In this document: positions 1 to 17,027 of the stretch, piece after piece
How the letters are laid out: each line of letters begins with the position of its first letter
Numbering within the stretch: the stretch's first letter is position 1
Assembly (NCBI GenBank): GCA_020137815.1
Contig: CM035357.1
Span: forward strand, 6,262,001-6,326,000
DNA length: 64,000 nt
Direction of reading: 5' to 3'
Origin: Hormiphora californensis
Lineage: Eukaryota > Animalia > Ctenophora
Program-made: the position numbers and the translations under genes
Notes under the pieces: generated by a model
Told to the model about the DNA's origin: nothing
What the model saw: only the letters and a program-made list of their open reading frames with translations
Database searches by the model: none

Positions 1-299
1 AGAAAAGGATGAGAGAGGGGGTGACCGGTGATCCCCACTTCTTTTTCTGCTATACAAATAAAAGTGGCAAATAAGCTCTCTCTCACCAATATCACAGCCG
101 GCATGATTTCTCGTCAGGGCCCTGACGCAATATCATTTCGGCATGTATGAAAATCCAATCTCGTCGACCAACATCCTTTAAAAACAGATCGGATAAGACC
201 AGCTCACGCAAAGTCCATAAATCAATTCCTCGAAAAAAGATCCGTCCTAAGTACATAATACTAGAAGAAAAAGAACCTTCATTGCCTAAAAATCTAACT

Positions 300-1157
300 C
301 TAGATCTCAATTTTGTCCCGGAGACTCAGATATAGCCTCTCCAAGTTGTTCATCTGTTCCACCACTAGGAGATACATTTGGTCGTTATCGTCTATGTTGG
401 GGATAGCCCGGCAGGCGTGGGAAGGGTAGTCCTCCATACCCAGGCAGACCTCGGGACTGATTACTATCTCATCAACCTAAATTAGGGGGTAGTGTTAGTC
501 TCATTCGGTCAAACGTCAGTCGTATTGGGGGAAGAGAGAAGCTGAATATGGGGACTGGCGGCTGGACCAGAATGAGTTTTGAGGCACTCAGAAAAGATCA
601 ATTCCCTAATTTCAGGGTGGGTTAACTAACCTGTATACTCATACTATTGAAGGCACGTCTCTCCTCGTCCCCGAATATCTTCTTGGCCAGTCTGTGCTCA
701 ATGTAACATCGGAGGGACAGATAACTCTCAATAAGCTTCACACCAGATAGCTTGTAGTTGTCGATAGCATCAACCTTGACACACACCTAGAAATGGAAAA
801 GGTGTCAGAGCGCTCTAGGGAAGAAAAGGAATGGTTTATTAAAGCAAGGATCTGGAGGGGTAGTTTAGGGTGCTAGATTGTCTAGGTTGATATGGGAATT
901 ACCTCTTTCTTCACGGATAGCTTGTTAAGAATGGTCTCCTGAATCTGGTGGGTGGAAGTCCAACAGTCCGCCACTGACTCATTGAGGGGTTTAGGGCGAG
1001 TGAAACACTTCTTACGATCCAAACTAAACCTTCCTGGCCCGGGTGCTGCTGCTGCTGCATTGGACACACCAACCAGAGAGTGGCTGACGAGGAAGATAAA
1101 GGAGAGGATGGTAAGAGATATCATCTTGATCCCATCGCAACTAAATCCCCCTTTCAT
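300..1157 (-). CDS. Uncharacterised secreted protein (~185-195 aa, signal peptide, 6 Cys in the mature part), 3 exons
   Basis: Exons 1157-903, 786-631 and 476-300 are joined by two phase-0 GT-AG introns into one open frame: MKGG...MISLTILSFIFLVSHSLVGVSNA (hydrophobic signal)...KKE|VCVKVDAIDNYKLSGVKLIESYLSLRCYIEHRLAKKIFGDEERRAFNSMSIQ|VDEIVISPEVCLGMEDYPSHACRAIPNIDDNDQMYLLVVEQMNNLERLYLSLRDKIEI*. No family recognised. Confidence 0.8.
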
Positions 1158-1393
1158 ACCCCATCACTGAGGTGTGGGGTGCAAGCTGTGCGAGGTGCGT
1201 CAATCGTCATGTGATGCATCCGGCTTACAAGATATAACGTTTAGGCGTATCTAAACGCATATCTTGAGAGGGGTAGTGGGTGAAAAATAGAGAGATAGAA
1301 AGTCGAGAGAGAAAGACAGATACAGAGAGGGACAGAGAAAATTTGCTTTAAAAACTTTCGCACACCTTGGGGTTAAGACTAAAAGATAAAGAT

Positions 1394-1798
1394 GGGGGGG
1401 GGGGGGTCCAGCCCTAAAAAAAGCTAAAGGTACCCTGATTTTGGTCGATTGCTTTTTTTATGTTGGCTTTTTTTTAATCTTTTTTTAGCTTTTTTTAGCT
1501 TTTTTTAGCCCTACTTTTTATGTTTTTTCAGCATTCATCTTGACACTTTTCCATTAAATTTTCATCCTTCCGGACGTCTATTGACTGCATTTATTCATTT
1601 CCTGCACATTTTTTTACCATAATCTACCGTTTATGTCCATACATAGCAATTTCTGTATCCACCCCTACTGCCATTTTCTGGAGACATTTTTTTTTAGCTT
1701 TTTTTAGCTTAAAAAAAGCTAAAGAAAGCTAAAAAAAGCTAAAGGTACCCTGATTTTGGCCGATAGCTTAGCTTTTTTTAGGGCTGGACCCCCCCCCC
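1394..1798. mobile_element. MITE-like element with ~31-bp perfect terminal inverted repeats
   Basis: Left end G(n)TCCAGCCCTAAAAAAAGCTAA is the reverse complement of right end TTAGCTTTTTTTAGGGCTGGAC(n). Internal TTTTTAGC/GCTAAAAA subrepeats. Non-coding. Confidence 0.75.
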
Positions 1799-1846
1799 AA
1801 ACTTTTGGCGAAACTTTAATCAGAAAGAACCATGACTGTATTTCAG

Positions 1847-6274
<4,428 letters not shown>

Positions 6275-6845
6275 GGAAATGTATTAATTGTAACTTGATT
6301 TAAGATGAACTCATTGCAGTTTAATTGGAACTTTAAGAACTTTATTAATCGATGTCAGATGTACATAAGTTGTGATTTATTGTGTAAACTTTATGTTTTT
6401 AGAAAACCATGATCCATTATAAGTATTATTGAGATGGTTCGGCAGATCAACTGCAAGTTGCAGCTGCATCTCTGCATAAAACTTGTTCCCGCGCCAAGCC
6501 TGTTTTTCCCAGGGGTCTACTGAAAGTCATGGTAACGCGCGCGATTCTGTGATGAAAGTACCTAATTTCAGCAATCCAAATAGCAGCGCAGTCGTTTGGC
6601 GGCAGCCGCAAAGAAATTGTGTTATCACGGCTTTTTGCCGCGCAAACGCGCGTATGAAACTTTGATTTTGTAAAAAGAAAATTTTGAAATTGAGTTCACT
6701 TTTTCAAAAGTGCTTTTTGACTTTTTAGTTTTTTGAGTTCTGAAAAGCACTGTCTACAACAGGTGCTTAAGAGAAAGCTATTCCTCACTTACCATCTTTA
6801 GAGTTACCAGTGAGTGCATTTTATTAACTTAAATCTCTTCTCAGG

Positions 6846-9514
6846 ATGGCAGAGGGGCAAGTACAGCGCCACGGTCCCCCTGACCACTCCCGAATACAGC
6901 GCGGAGGGGATGATTTTTACAACCGACGACCAGACAACTTCCACCGGCCCCCTTCAAATGATACATGTCAAAACAGGCGAGATGAAAATAATCAGAGGCC
7001 ACCCTTCGACGATCGGAGGGGTGGGCAAAACATCAGAGGAAGAGGCGGTAATCAGTTTAGAAACAATGGGGGCCGAGACGAATTTAACCGAGACAATCAT
7101 AACAACCGTGAACGAGGGGACAATTTTGGTCATCGTGACAGGGACAATATCAGTGATCGTGGTAATCGTGGTGGCGGCATTTTTAACAACCGGGGTGGTG
7201 GTGGTGGGAATTTTAGAGGCAGAGATGATGGTCACTATGGCAATCGAGATCGAGATGTTGGTAACCGAAACTTTGGTAACCAAGGTAACCGAGACGGCGG
7301 TAGAGAGGGTGGTAACCGGGGCGGGCGTAACTTTGATAATCGAAGAGACGATAGTAACTATGGTAACCGAGGAGGTAGAGGAGGAAGACATAACGAAGAT
7401 CGACGTCCTGTCCCTGTTGATGACGGACGTGAATTCAGGAGGGAAGATCGGGGTGGTGGGGGTAGGAGAGGGGGAGGTAGAGACAATTTCAATCGTGCTG
7501 AAAGAGCAGATGATGGTGGGAACTTCCGCCGTGGTGGGGATGAATTCAGGAGAGAGGAGCCGAGATTAGCTCCAAGAGATGATGATAACTTTCGAAGGGA
7601 AGGAATTTAGGAGACCCATCCCCAGGGAGGAGGAACCCGTCCCCAGAAGAGAAGAGTTCCACAGGGATCCTCCTAGGGAGAACAGGTTCCAACAACAACA
7701 GGATGATAATAGTTTCTTAAGAGAGGAATTCAGACGTCCTGAACCACAAGCACCACCTAGTAGCGGATCAGTTCCATTGTACCAGCAAAAAGCAAGGCAG
7801 CAGAGAAATGATGAGTTTTACAGACGTCCTGCTGAGTCCAACACCAGATGGGAACAAGAAGACCTCCCTCCTGCCCCACCCCGTCCTAATGAGGGTAGAC
7901 AGGTTCTATTAGAAGCTCCACCTCCCCCCTCCAGATACATAGACGACAGGAGTGACTTGTATGTGACCTCTGAACCCCGACACGAACCCCCTCCTACCCG
8001 GTATGATTCATACATTGAAGAACCCGCCCCAGCTGCTGCTCCATATGATCCCACTGGGTTCTCAGACCCTGTCCCTGCTGCCCAGACATTTACCACATAT
8101 GATCCAAACGCTAAACCAACCTATGATAGTGCTAGTGGAGGGTATGATAGCGTTAGTGGGATGTACGACCCTAATGCCGCTGCTAGTTCGTATGCTGCTG
8201 TTTACCGGGCTCAAAACGAGAAACCGGTCATTCACTCGAGGTATCTACGCCAACCTAGGCCGGAGAAACGAGAGCCCAAACCGTATGTCAAACGAGGTCG
8301 GAATCAGAAGTTCTATAACACGGAAGGAGGGGAGGGAGGGTCTGGTGGTGAGGGTAGCAGGGCGGGCAGTCACGATGGAGGATCAACAGGTGGGGGACCC
8401 GTATCTAAAAAGAGGCGGATTAATGATAATGTGTATCGGTTCTGTGTTCCAGCTGCTGTGGTAAAAGTCATTATTGGGAAGGGAGGACAGAATATTAAAA
8501 TGGTGAAGGGGCTAGTTCCTGATTGTAAGATTTCAATCTACGCACAAGGTTCAAATAACTCGGATGTGCCTAAGAGGGCTGCTGATAGGGTTATGAGTAT
8601 ACAGAGCAGTTTTGATAGTCTCGGAGTTATTCTACCACATCTGGTTCCGAACATGCAGATGGGGGCTAATCCTGGTGAGTTAGATCTTTTCCTTTAGATA
8701 ACAATATTATTTGCATTATGTTCTAACATAACGCTGAATTTAACTGCCGTGTGAAGCTATAATTATATGAAGAAAGGAACTCGTGGCCTAAATAAATTTG
8801 ACCAATTTTAAATTAGTATTAGCTAGGCTGTTCTTTTGTTTGTTTTGTTTGTTCAGTAAACTTCCTCCGTCTGTATCCATTGTGCTTGCTTGCACATTTA
8901 CGTTGTGTGTGTGTGTTTGTAATTTTCTATTTCCTACTACAGTGTTTTCTATTATCTCTCTCATTCCCTATCTTTTCAGTTCATCACTACCAACCCTTCG
9001 TGTTTCAGATCAGTACGACGTTAGAATAATGATTCCCGCCCACACACGCATGTCCGTTAATGGTATGCACGGATCCACCCTGGCCCGGATTAAAGCCGAC
9101 TCAAAATCAGCTCATTTCGCCATCTCCTCGGACGGTCTGCCCAATTCTGACGAGTATATAGTGAAGGTTGTGAACAGCTCAGTTGAAGGGACTGTTAAAG
9201 CGCTCATGGACACTGCTAGGGCTATCTCAAACACTAAGGGATGCCAGAATGTGCAGTTTTATGATCCTCAGATTTGGGAACCGGGTAGTCATGGTAATAG
9301 TGGGAGTTTTACAGATGACCCACCCATCCCAGGGGAGCGACCCCACCCGGGTGGGGAGGGAGAGGGAGGAGGGGGTTCGAGGGGGGAGGAAGGAGGGGGT
9401 TCTAGGGGAGATGGTGGTGGCAGTTCGAGGGGTGAGGGAGGAGGAGGTTTTAGGGGAGATGGAGCAGAGGAGGCTGATATTAAACTGGAAATCAAGGAAG
9501 AGATTTTGGATTGA
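6846..9514 (+). CDS. hnRNP-K/PCBP-like RNA-binding protein: RGG-rich N-terminus, Pro/Tyr-rich linker, two KH domains
   Basis: Exon 6846-8674 (one apparent +1 frameshift near 7600) and exon 9009-9514 (phase-1 intron). KH1 is YRFCVPAAVVKVIIGKGGQNIK, preceded by a KKRR NLS-like motif. KH2 is VRIMIPAH...NGMHGSTLARIK...LPNSDEYIVKV. Many RGG/RG dipeptides in the first 250 aa. Confidence 0.8.
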
Positions 9515-10284
9515 GTTTGATTGTGTTTTTCAGCGAGTGAGAGATCAGAGAGAGCGAGGGAGAGAGAGCGAGTGAGTGAACATTGATGATGATGATGATT
9601 GACCTGTGTTATATTTTATTTTACACTTCTTTCTGTCCGCAAAATATCTTTTGTTTTTGTTGTTTCTGATAACCCGTGATCTCCAAACCACTGCCTGTCC
9701 TGTACCGTGGCTACTCAGCCGTGTCACAATTTCCAGCTCAATTCATTGGAACGCGCGGTGAGTTTCTTATGATTAAACCACCTTGTATTTCGGGTGTCAG
9801 CATTTCGTTGGTGCGCGTCAAACTGCCGTGGCTGCTCCAACCCACCTGGCGTCATCTTACCTCAAAATCCAATCTGTCTGGCGGTGCCAGGTCGGGTCTG
9901 CGCCACCAGACAGAATCCAATCGGGCCAGATGTCAACGGATTCAAATTAAGAAGGCTTTTGTTCTGAGTTGGGTAAAGGAAAACATGCGAAATAATTAAA
10001 GTTAACTGTTAACATCTGAATCTGAGATTTAAAAACACATCTGAACTCAAGCGGAATGATCACAGGCAAAATAGCTAAAATAATTCAGAAATCTGAGAAA
10101 TAATATTCTGATGAAATTCAAGGCTAAAGATATAATAGTTCTAAAGAGTTCATTCAAAGAATCCCCCACCAATCAGTTCAAATCATTGTCTCTCCCTGGC
10201 CACACACTGACTCATTCATCATTCTCCTGTTGTCTGTGTCTTATTGAGTATCTGCTCCCTGTTCTTTCCTGGCTAGATGCTGCT

Positions 10285-13200
10285 TCACTCCAACATAGTT
10301 ATAGTTCCCAGGTTATTGATCAGGTTGACAATGGTGTGCTCACTTGGCTCAGGGAAGGAGACAGGCCGGAAAATAATCGACAGGTACATTGTACCCACGT
10401 TCTCTCCTTTCTCGTTTTTCAGGGTAAATTGCTCGTTCACCATCTGTATAGGATAGAGAAGTTAGGGTTAGAGAAGGGATGAAGGGTGGTTTAGTAAAGT
10501 TAGGGTTAGAGAAGGGCAAGAATCAAAGGAGACTGTTTCAAAAACATTAGAATTGCTTTCCTATATCGAAGGCTCTAGACTGACTACTGAGTTAGCAATA
10601 CCATATACCTTAGGAACGTGATCCCCAACTCTAACACTGACAGATCCAATATGATCATTTGCACTTGCTCGATCATAATCATCCACCTGGAGGAGGGGAA
10701 GTGTCATATCACAGATCACTGACCGACACATGATGGTCATATCATGGTCGAATCCATTTTATCATGTCAATGGGGGGGGGGGAGCAAATTGTGACCCGAA
10801 TGTAGTACCTGTATTAAAAACTCGGCGTCCATCACATTCTTTACGAAGAGATCCTCAAAATGGTTGAATATTGGGTTGAGTGTCTTGGATTTAACCTGAA
10901 TAAAGGAGTATGGGACCTGGGGGCCCTGTTAGCTACATCTCTCACACACGCACACACAGACTTCACAACAATCACGCAGCTAGTTTGAAAATTAGGACCT
11001 GAAATAATTCCAATTCTAGTTACGTTTGTTTTAAATATTTTCTCTCCATTTATCTTCAGCTTGCAGTATGGATCACTAGATTTGTTAGTATCCATAGCAG
11101 GGAGGCCGGTTATTCGGTGAATGTGAAGGTAGACAAGTCCAGAGGGACATTGCAGAACATCATCTCGGGTGATGGCAGGGATTTCAAAGTACTCTGTGTA
11201 ATCCTTCACCTGATAGAGGTGGGAAGGGTGTCAGGAATATGGGCGAGAGAATATTCCAGCGGAACAGACCTTGGGGCCCAATTCAAACTGAATATTACTT
11301 CTACGAACAGTACTATCTCGGAAAATGTACCTCCTTTAGTGTTTGTCGGATTGGGATGAAGGGTAGATCGTATGCAGTTGCCTTGATAATCGTTAACAGG
11401 TTCAAATTCGTGTTAGGGCTCCTGTTCAACTCTTTCTGTAGGAGAACAGGAGGTCAGGGGATGTGTACATTATTACTTCAAACTTGCATCAAATGACATC
11501 TTCGGAGTGGCCGCGAAGGTGGCCCTAAAATTAAAAATTGAAAATTCATTCTATGCGTATGAAGTTGAACGACACTAACAATCCAGCATTTTACGTATGG
11601 GGATCGAGGGGGGTGGAGATTTTCACACTGAAGGACAAACAATTCAAGGACAGTTTACGTACTACTGCACACAAAAAGAACCTGTCAGGCCAATGCTCTG
11701 ACCACAGTTCTCGCACGCTCCGAAATGAGAATAGGGTCAGGCCAATGCTCTGACAGCAAAGAACCTTCAAATTTGAATGAAAACATGCAGTTGTAAAACA
11801 AGTTTAATGAATAACTTGAATGATATGTAAGTTGAACAATTTACAATTAATTTAATAATATCAAGACACACCACAAGACATCTTACCAATCTTTTAACAG
11901 GTCCACGTGGAGGAACACCAGACCGGCGTCTCTACACAATTTGGTAATGGGTCCTTCACATTTAATTTTATTTAGGGCACAGACCCGACACGGATTACAC
12001 CAGCCCCTTTTTTAGCAGTATGTGAATTGTGAAAGTGAAAAAGGGTCGGGTGCAAACCACGCTAGGAACACCAAGGGACTAAAACAAGTGACATATAACG
12101 ACACTTACTGTTCGGTTGTTGGTTAGAGAGTTCACATCAATTATCAGCTCTACTAGTTTCTCGTCTGTCATGAACTTCTTAACTTTCCAAACACTCAATC
12201 TCAACTGAAAGACATAAACGATATTGGAGTTCGTTCCACGTCCTTTTTCTTCAATAAAGGGAATATGGAGAAGCGTTTTGGTCAGGTTCCGTCGTTTCCG
12301 AAAACGACGTTTTCGAACGACTGATGAAACACTTTTCGTTTGAATCTCACTGTGCCACTTTCCCACGTGGGTTGAGAGACACGGTGTACTTTCTAAAGAA
12401 GCCCAGTGCGCGGCACCTCGCGCGTTACAACACACAACTGAAGAGAGAGTGAAGAACTAAACCCGGCCCTCTCAAATTACCGAGTGGAAGTTTCTTCGGA
12501 ATTCCAATTTCCATGTGTCGTTTTTCCGAGTCATTCTCCCTTTCATATTTCTCTCTCTCCACTCTCTCGCTCTCTTTATGTGTCTTTCTCTCCCTCAAAC
12601 AGTGAGAGTCTGACTCTCACCCCCCCTTTCAGCTCCCCAGCCCCCATCTCTCACATCCCCGGTATCCCTCTCCCCAGCCCCCATCTCTCACATCCCCTCT
12701 CCCCAGCCCCCATCTCTCACATCCCCTCTCCCAGCCCCCATCTCTCACATCCCCGGTATCCCTCTCCCCAGCCCTCATCTCTCACATCCCCGGCCACCCC
12801 TCTCACCTCATCTTGGAGGACAGCAACAGGGAACCAGATATGAAGGGTCTTCTTCAATCTCTGGAAGGTAACTTCAGTGATGTGATCCTGTCCCCCGGAG
12901 TTGAGATTAACTGATATGTTCCTGACCTCGTCCTTTCCAGTATGCACCACCTTGTTCTTGCATAGCTCCACCTGATAGAGGGAATATCTCAATCAATACA
13001 ATGTGAAGGCTATTACCTACTGCACTCTCTCTACTCTACACACGGTGCACCAGAAGAATCATCATACAGCGAGCGAGAGATTAAGGGAAATAATACAGGG
13101 ACGGGGGACGGGGCCAGAGGGGGGGGGGGGGGCACTAGGCAGTAACATGACATATTATCAGCATTGATCGGAGAATAAGGGCCCTCGAATCATAATATGC

Positions 13201-16200
13201 TGCATAATTGAGCAATATTACCTCACACACAGACCGATCTTACAAACAAAATATTCTCTACCCCCATTCCCCATGAGGTGATACACGGACAAGCAAAGAT
13301 AGAAAGGGATATATCATATGTATATTGAGGCACTATGCAGGCGATTTAAAAAACATAGCACTAATTGCATGGCTATTGTCATATTGCCTGCTGTTGTGTT
13401 TTTCTAATTCCTCCCACTTTTGACAATCACCTCCTTCTTTTTCTCAAATACAAAAGAAAACAAGTTTTCTATAATTTCTCCTTTTACACAAAATCAATGT
13501 ACCTTACCCTCATCTCTACATTGTACATTTCTCCTCTCCTACCTACCCTAATACAGAAGTATTAGGTATTAGAAGACATACCTGCAAGTGTAGGACGGTT
13601 CGCTTCAGCTTCCTCACTCCCATAATCATTTCAGTTTTAAATCCTCCATCCGACATGTCAATTAGGAAACGACCTGAAACATATCACGTGTCATTGAACC
13701 TTTTTAACTCGCGGGGAGACAGTACTGGACAGTTATACCGCACTGACAGTATCGCACAGTCACTGTGCGATACTGCTCGACTGATCGAACTTAATCACGG
13801 CGTATTCTCTTTGTCTGAAATGGTTTGAAAAATAACATGTCTAACCTGGGTTAACGAGTGTATCGGAGATGATCTGTTCAATTGTGTCCCAGACCCAGTT
13901 TCTAATAGCCGGTATAACATCCATACCAACCAGTCCTGCAGGGGGGAGAGGGTAGTGTTTAGAATTGTATCTTTGCTGGACCCTCTCTCATCACACAGGG
14001 TTAAAACATAGCAAAAGTATCTCTCAACTTTTTACTCTTGCACAGGGCTTATTAGTGGGTCCAGGGATGGGATTCCGCAGAACCTCAGCTTAATATGCAA
14101 ACATTCACTCACCGTAGTTCACATCAAATTGAATGTCAGGGCGTTCGTTGAATGTCAAATACACGTATTTAATGCATGGGAATTTCATTGCCATATCCAG
14201 CAACACTGTCACCTGCATAGCAGTAAATATAATATATGTTAGTTAGAGATGGGGTGACCCCATTCCCTTTTTCTCACAAAATTCTTTCTGAACAGTTCAG
14301 TTACGTACAGTACCACTTGTGCTGTTGCACCTCCGAGTATGAACAATACAAAGTACCACACACTATCTGGGATTCTAGGTATCTAGGTAACATGTGTTGG
14401 GTCGCCACACACGATCCAACATGACACCAGGAACCGACCGAATCAGGAAATAATGGTCCCTGATTGGCTGATAACCAATCACGTGACCTAAATAACGAGT
14501 TCTGATTGGTTGATTACTTGTGTCGGTGGCTTCCAACACTCCAACCCACCTGTAGTTCTCCAAGGAAGGTGAGCCCGCTCATAACCACATCACCCACTCC
14601 CCCTACATTTAGTTTAACTTCAAACTCATCCGCTACTATCCTCGGTCCCAGGGTCAGCTCTAGAGCCTGGAGAAATAGATATGGGAGGGAGAGAGAGAGT
14701 TCTAGAGTCTGTTATACAGAGGGAGAGAGGTGGTTGGGTAGGGTAATAGAGAGAAGTGGAGTACTTGGATCTGATACAGACATTGGTCAGGGAATGTAGA
14801 AAGAGATTCATAGAGTCAATTCCAGCGTGAACAGGAAATTTGCAGGAAATCCAATATTGAATGAAGCTTGGAAAAGTTTGTGTGTTTCTATTCTGTGTGA
14901 CAATGGAACACTCTTCATATTTGTTGTTCACTCACACACACAACTTTATTCAATATCTCACAACCTCACAACTCTTTGTGTTTCTAGATTCAATTGGGCT
15001 CCACACGTGTGGGGAGCCAGGTGTCCCAGTCATTATATGTGAGAAACAATGAACGTTTCCAAGTTTTGAGGAAGTTACAGGTAGAATGAATATACAGCTA
15101 CTACTCAAAGTAACTGTTCATATTATTTCCTGCACTAACACAGACAATTCTACAGACAATTCTACAGACAATTATACAGACAATTCTACAGGCAATTCTA
15201 CAGACAATTCTACAGACTACAAACAAAATATCAGACATGATTGTTGTTTCTCTAAACACATACCGGCATATCCGCTTCTCCGCCCCAATGTGACTTAGCA
15301 CTCCGGCAGTACTGAATAAAGGGTGGGTTCTGGCCGAAAGACACGGTTTCCAGTTCCACCCCGGTGATGGGAGCAGGAAGATCCAAGTTGTCCAGGATGG
15401 GCTGCACGATAGATTTAATATGGTCTTGGAGCTTCTCATCAACATTCAGATACCTAGTGGGGGAGGGAGTTAGTAAACAAGAGAGATTCTGAAAATATCA
15501 ATAGGATACCACAATTGACGAAAGCTCTTGAACGATTTCTAGTTTTGTTGTTTACTGGTCAGTATTGGGTAACCTTGAGTCGCCTGACAATGTGTCGTCA
15601 GTATGAACAATTCACTAACTGTGATAATCAATGGGTTCATTGTCACTAACTGTGATAATTAATTAATTAATTAATGGGTTCATTGTCACAATTAGTTATC
15701 GTCCCAGTAACTAACCAGTGCTTGATAAAGAAATTGATCCACTCTACCGACTCATTTTCTGTTCCTGTTTCAGATGCGTTTCTGGCTGCCTGCTCTGACA
15801 CTCTCTACAGGGAAATGTGGGATTAGGTTTTCGGCTATGGGCCTGTGGTGGGCACCCAGGGTCGGAACTCGGAGATAGAATGAGTTCACTGCCTGCTTTG
15901 TATGCACAGTGCACAGTGCCCTACTAGCATTGTACAGAATGGGGAAAGGGGGACATGGTATCCCTGGTTTGAGTGTGTGTATGAGCCAGTAAGTACTGGA
16001 CATGTGTATAGAAATATGTTTACACTATTGAGATAGTTCAAAGACATTTTCACAGGAATTCTTGCCAGCACAAGGAGAAAAGTAACCCCAGTATTTTCCA
16101 CTCTAAATCAAAAAAGGAGAATACAGACTAAAAAGTTCCTAAAGATGCCCCGGCCCTCTTATATAGGACCTCCCACTAAAATAGAGAGCACTAAGAAATG

Positions 16201-16322
16201 GAAAGAGGGATCCAATATTTTACCTCGTCAAGTTGGGCCTGGCGTTTCTTTCGGGATAGGTAGTGGAGGTAAAAGTAGGTGGCAACCCCGACCATTCCTC
16301 CACATAATAGCTCCCACCACAT
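10285..16322 (-). CDS. Extended-synaptotagmin/tricalbin-like lipid-transfer protein (TM-SMP-C2-C2), ~550 aa, 14 exons
   Basis: Exons 16322-16224, 15804-15716, 15453-15264, 14666-14550, 14212-14113, 13935-13846, 13673-13582, 12971-12807, 12204-12109, 11435-11331, 11209-11024, 10895-10809, 10686-10609, 10443-10285, all phase-compatible. N-terminal TM anchor (LLCGGMVGVATYFYLHYL-SRKKR). SMP motifs ESVEWINFFIKHW, VSFGQNPP and MDVIPAIRNWVWDTI. Last C2 has GLPAMDTNKSSDPYC, KTLNPIFN and DYDRASANDHIG. Confidence 0.85.
14428..14536. mobile_element. ~110-bp MITE, same family as 30187-30295, opposite orientation
   Basis: Begins CAGGAACCGACCGAA. Internal CTGATTGGCTGATAACC..TCACGTGACCTAAATA is the reverse complement of the 30.2-kb copy. 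Right TIR is degenerate. Confidence 0.75.
15140..15218. repeat. 12-bp tandem repeat (ACAGACAATTCT), about 6 copies
   Basis: Directly visible in the intron. Confidence 0.85.
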
Positions 16323-17027
16323 CCTAACGGCAAAGGAAGGCATAACGAAAGAGAAATATATATCACAAAGACAATAATAATAATAATCGCATTACTGGCA
16401 TGCATGGAACAAGCATGAACTGAGCTGTGCAAAAGTGTTGATGTTGATTTGTACATTGTACATTTGATATGAACACTGCAGTGTAGTTATGAACAGATTT
16501 TATAACACTTTCGTGTTGGATCCGTCCACAGCCGTTAAAATTGATAATCAGTAATCACGTGGTTTGACCAGACATTGAAGAACAAATTTCTAAAGTTTAA
16601 AAACAACAAAACAGCCTTCTTTCAAGTTAACCAAAACGTATAAACAAACAAATCATGACAAAGCATAGTCCATGAAACGAGGCAAAACTAGTCTTACTTT
16701 TGGCTACTACCATACAACACACTAAGACAATTCTAGAACTCCCATTATTATAGACAAACTTAACCTAAGCAGTAGCCTGCCTAGTATAACATGGCCGTGT
16801 TAGAAAGATCTAGATGAGTGGGAGAGCACTGAACAGCGGGGTGATGCTGGGGTGATGGGCTAACATTGTGTACACTTCTTCTTTCCCTCATTGGAAGAGC
16901 AAACATGATAAAAACATAAAATATGTACGATAAGCGGAGGTTTGAAGAAATTTCCAGGTTAAATCAACGAACTGGATCCCTCTCAAAACGTTATAAAAAC
17001 CTCCAGTTCCAAAAACCCCAAACTATG

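Noticed and set aside
6814-7569. 251-aa overlapping ORF in another frame of the RGG region
   Set aside because: It is a shadow frame of low-complexity coding sequence and begins across the splice acceptor.
7595-7610. Programmed frameshifting or RNA editing as the explanation for the frame breaks
   Set aside because: There is no shared slippery motif or structure, and the insertion-only pattern across unrelated genes fits sequencing error better.
11887-11975. Exon-like segment (..DAGLVFLHVDLLKD + GTAAG donor) resembling the start of the last C2 domain
   Set aside because: It has no convincing acceptor, its phase is incompatible with the flanking phase-0 exons, and the gene model is complete without it.
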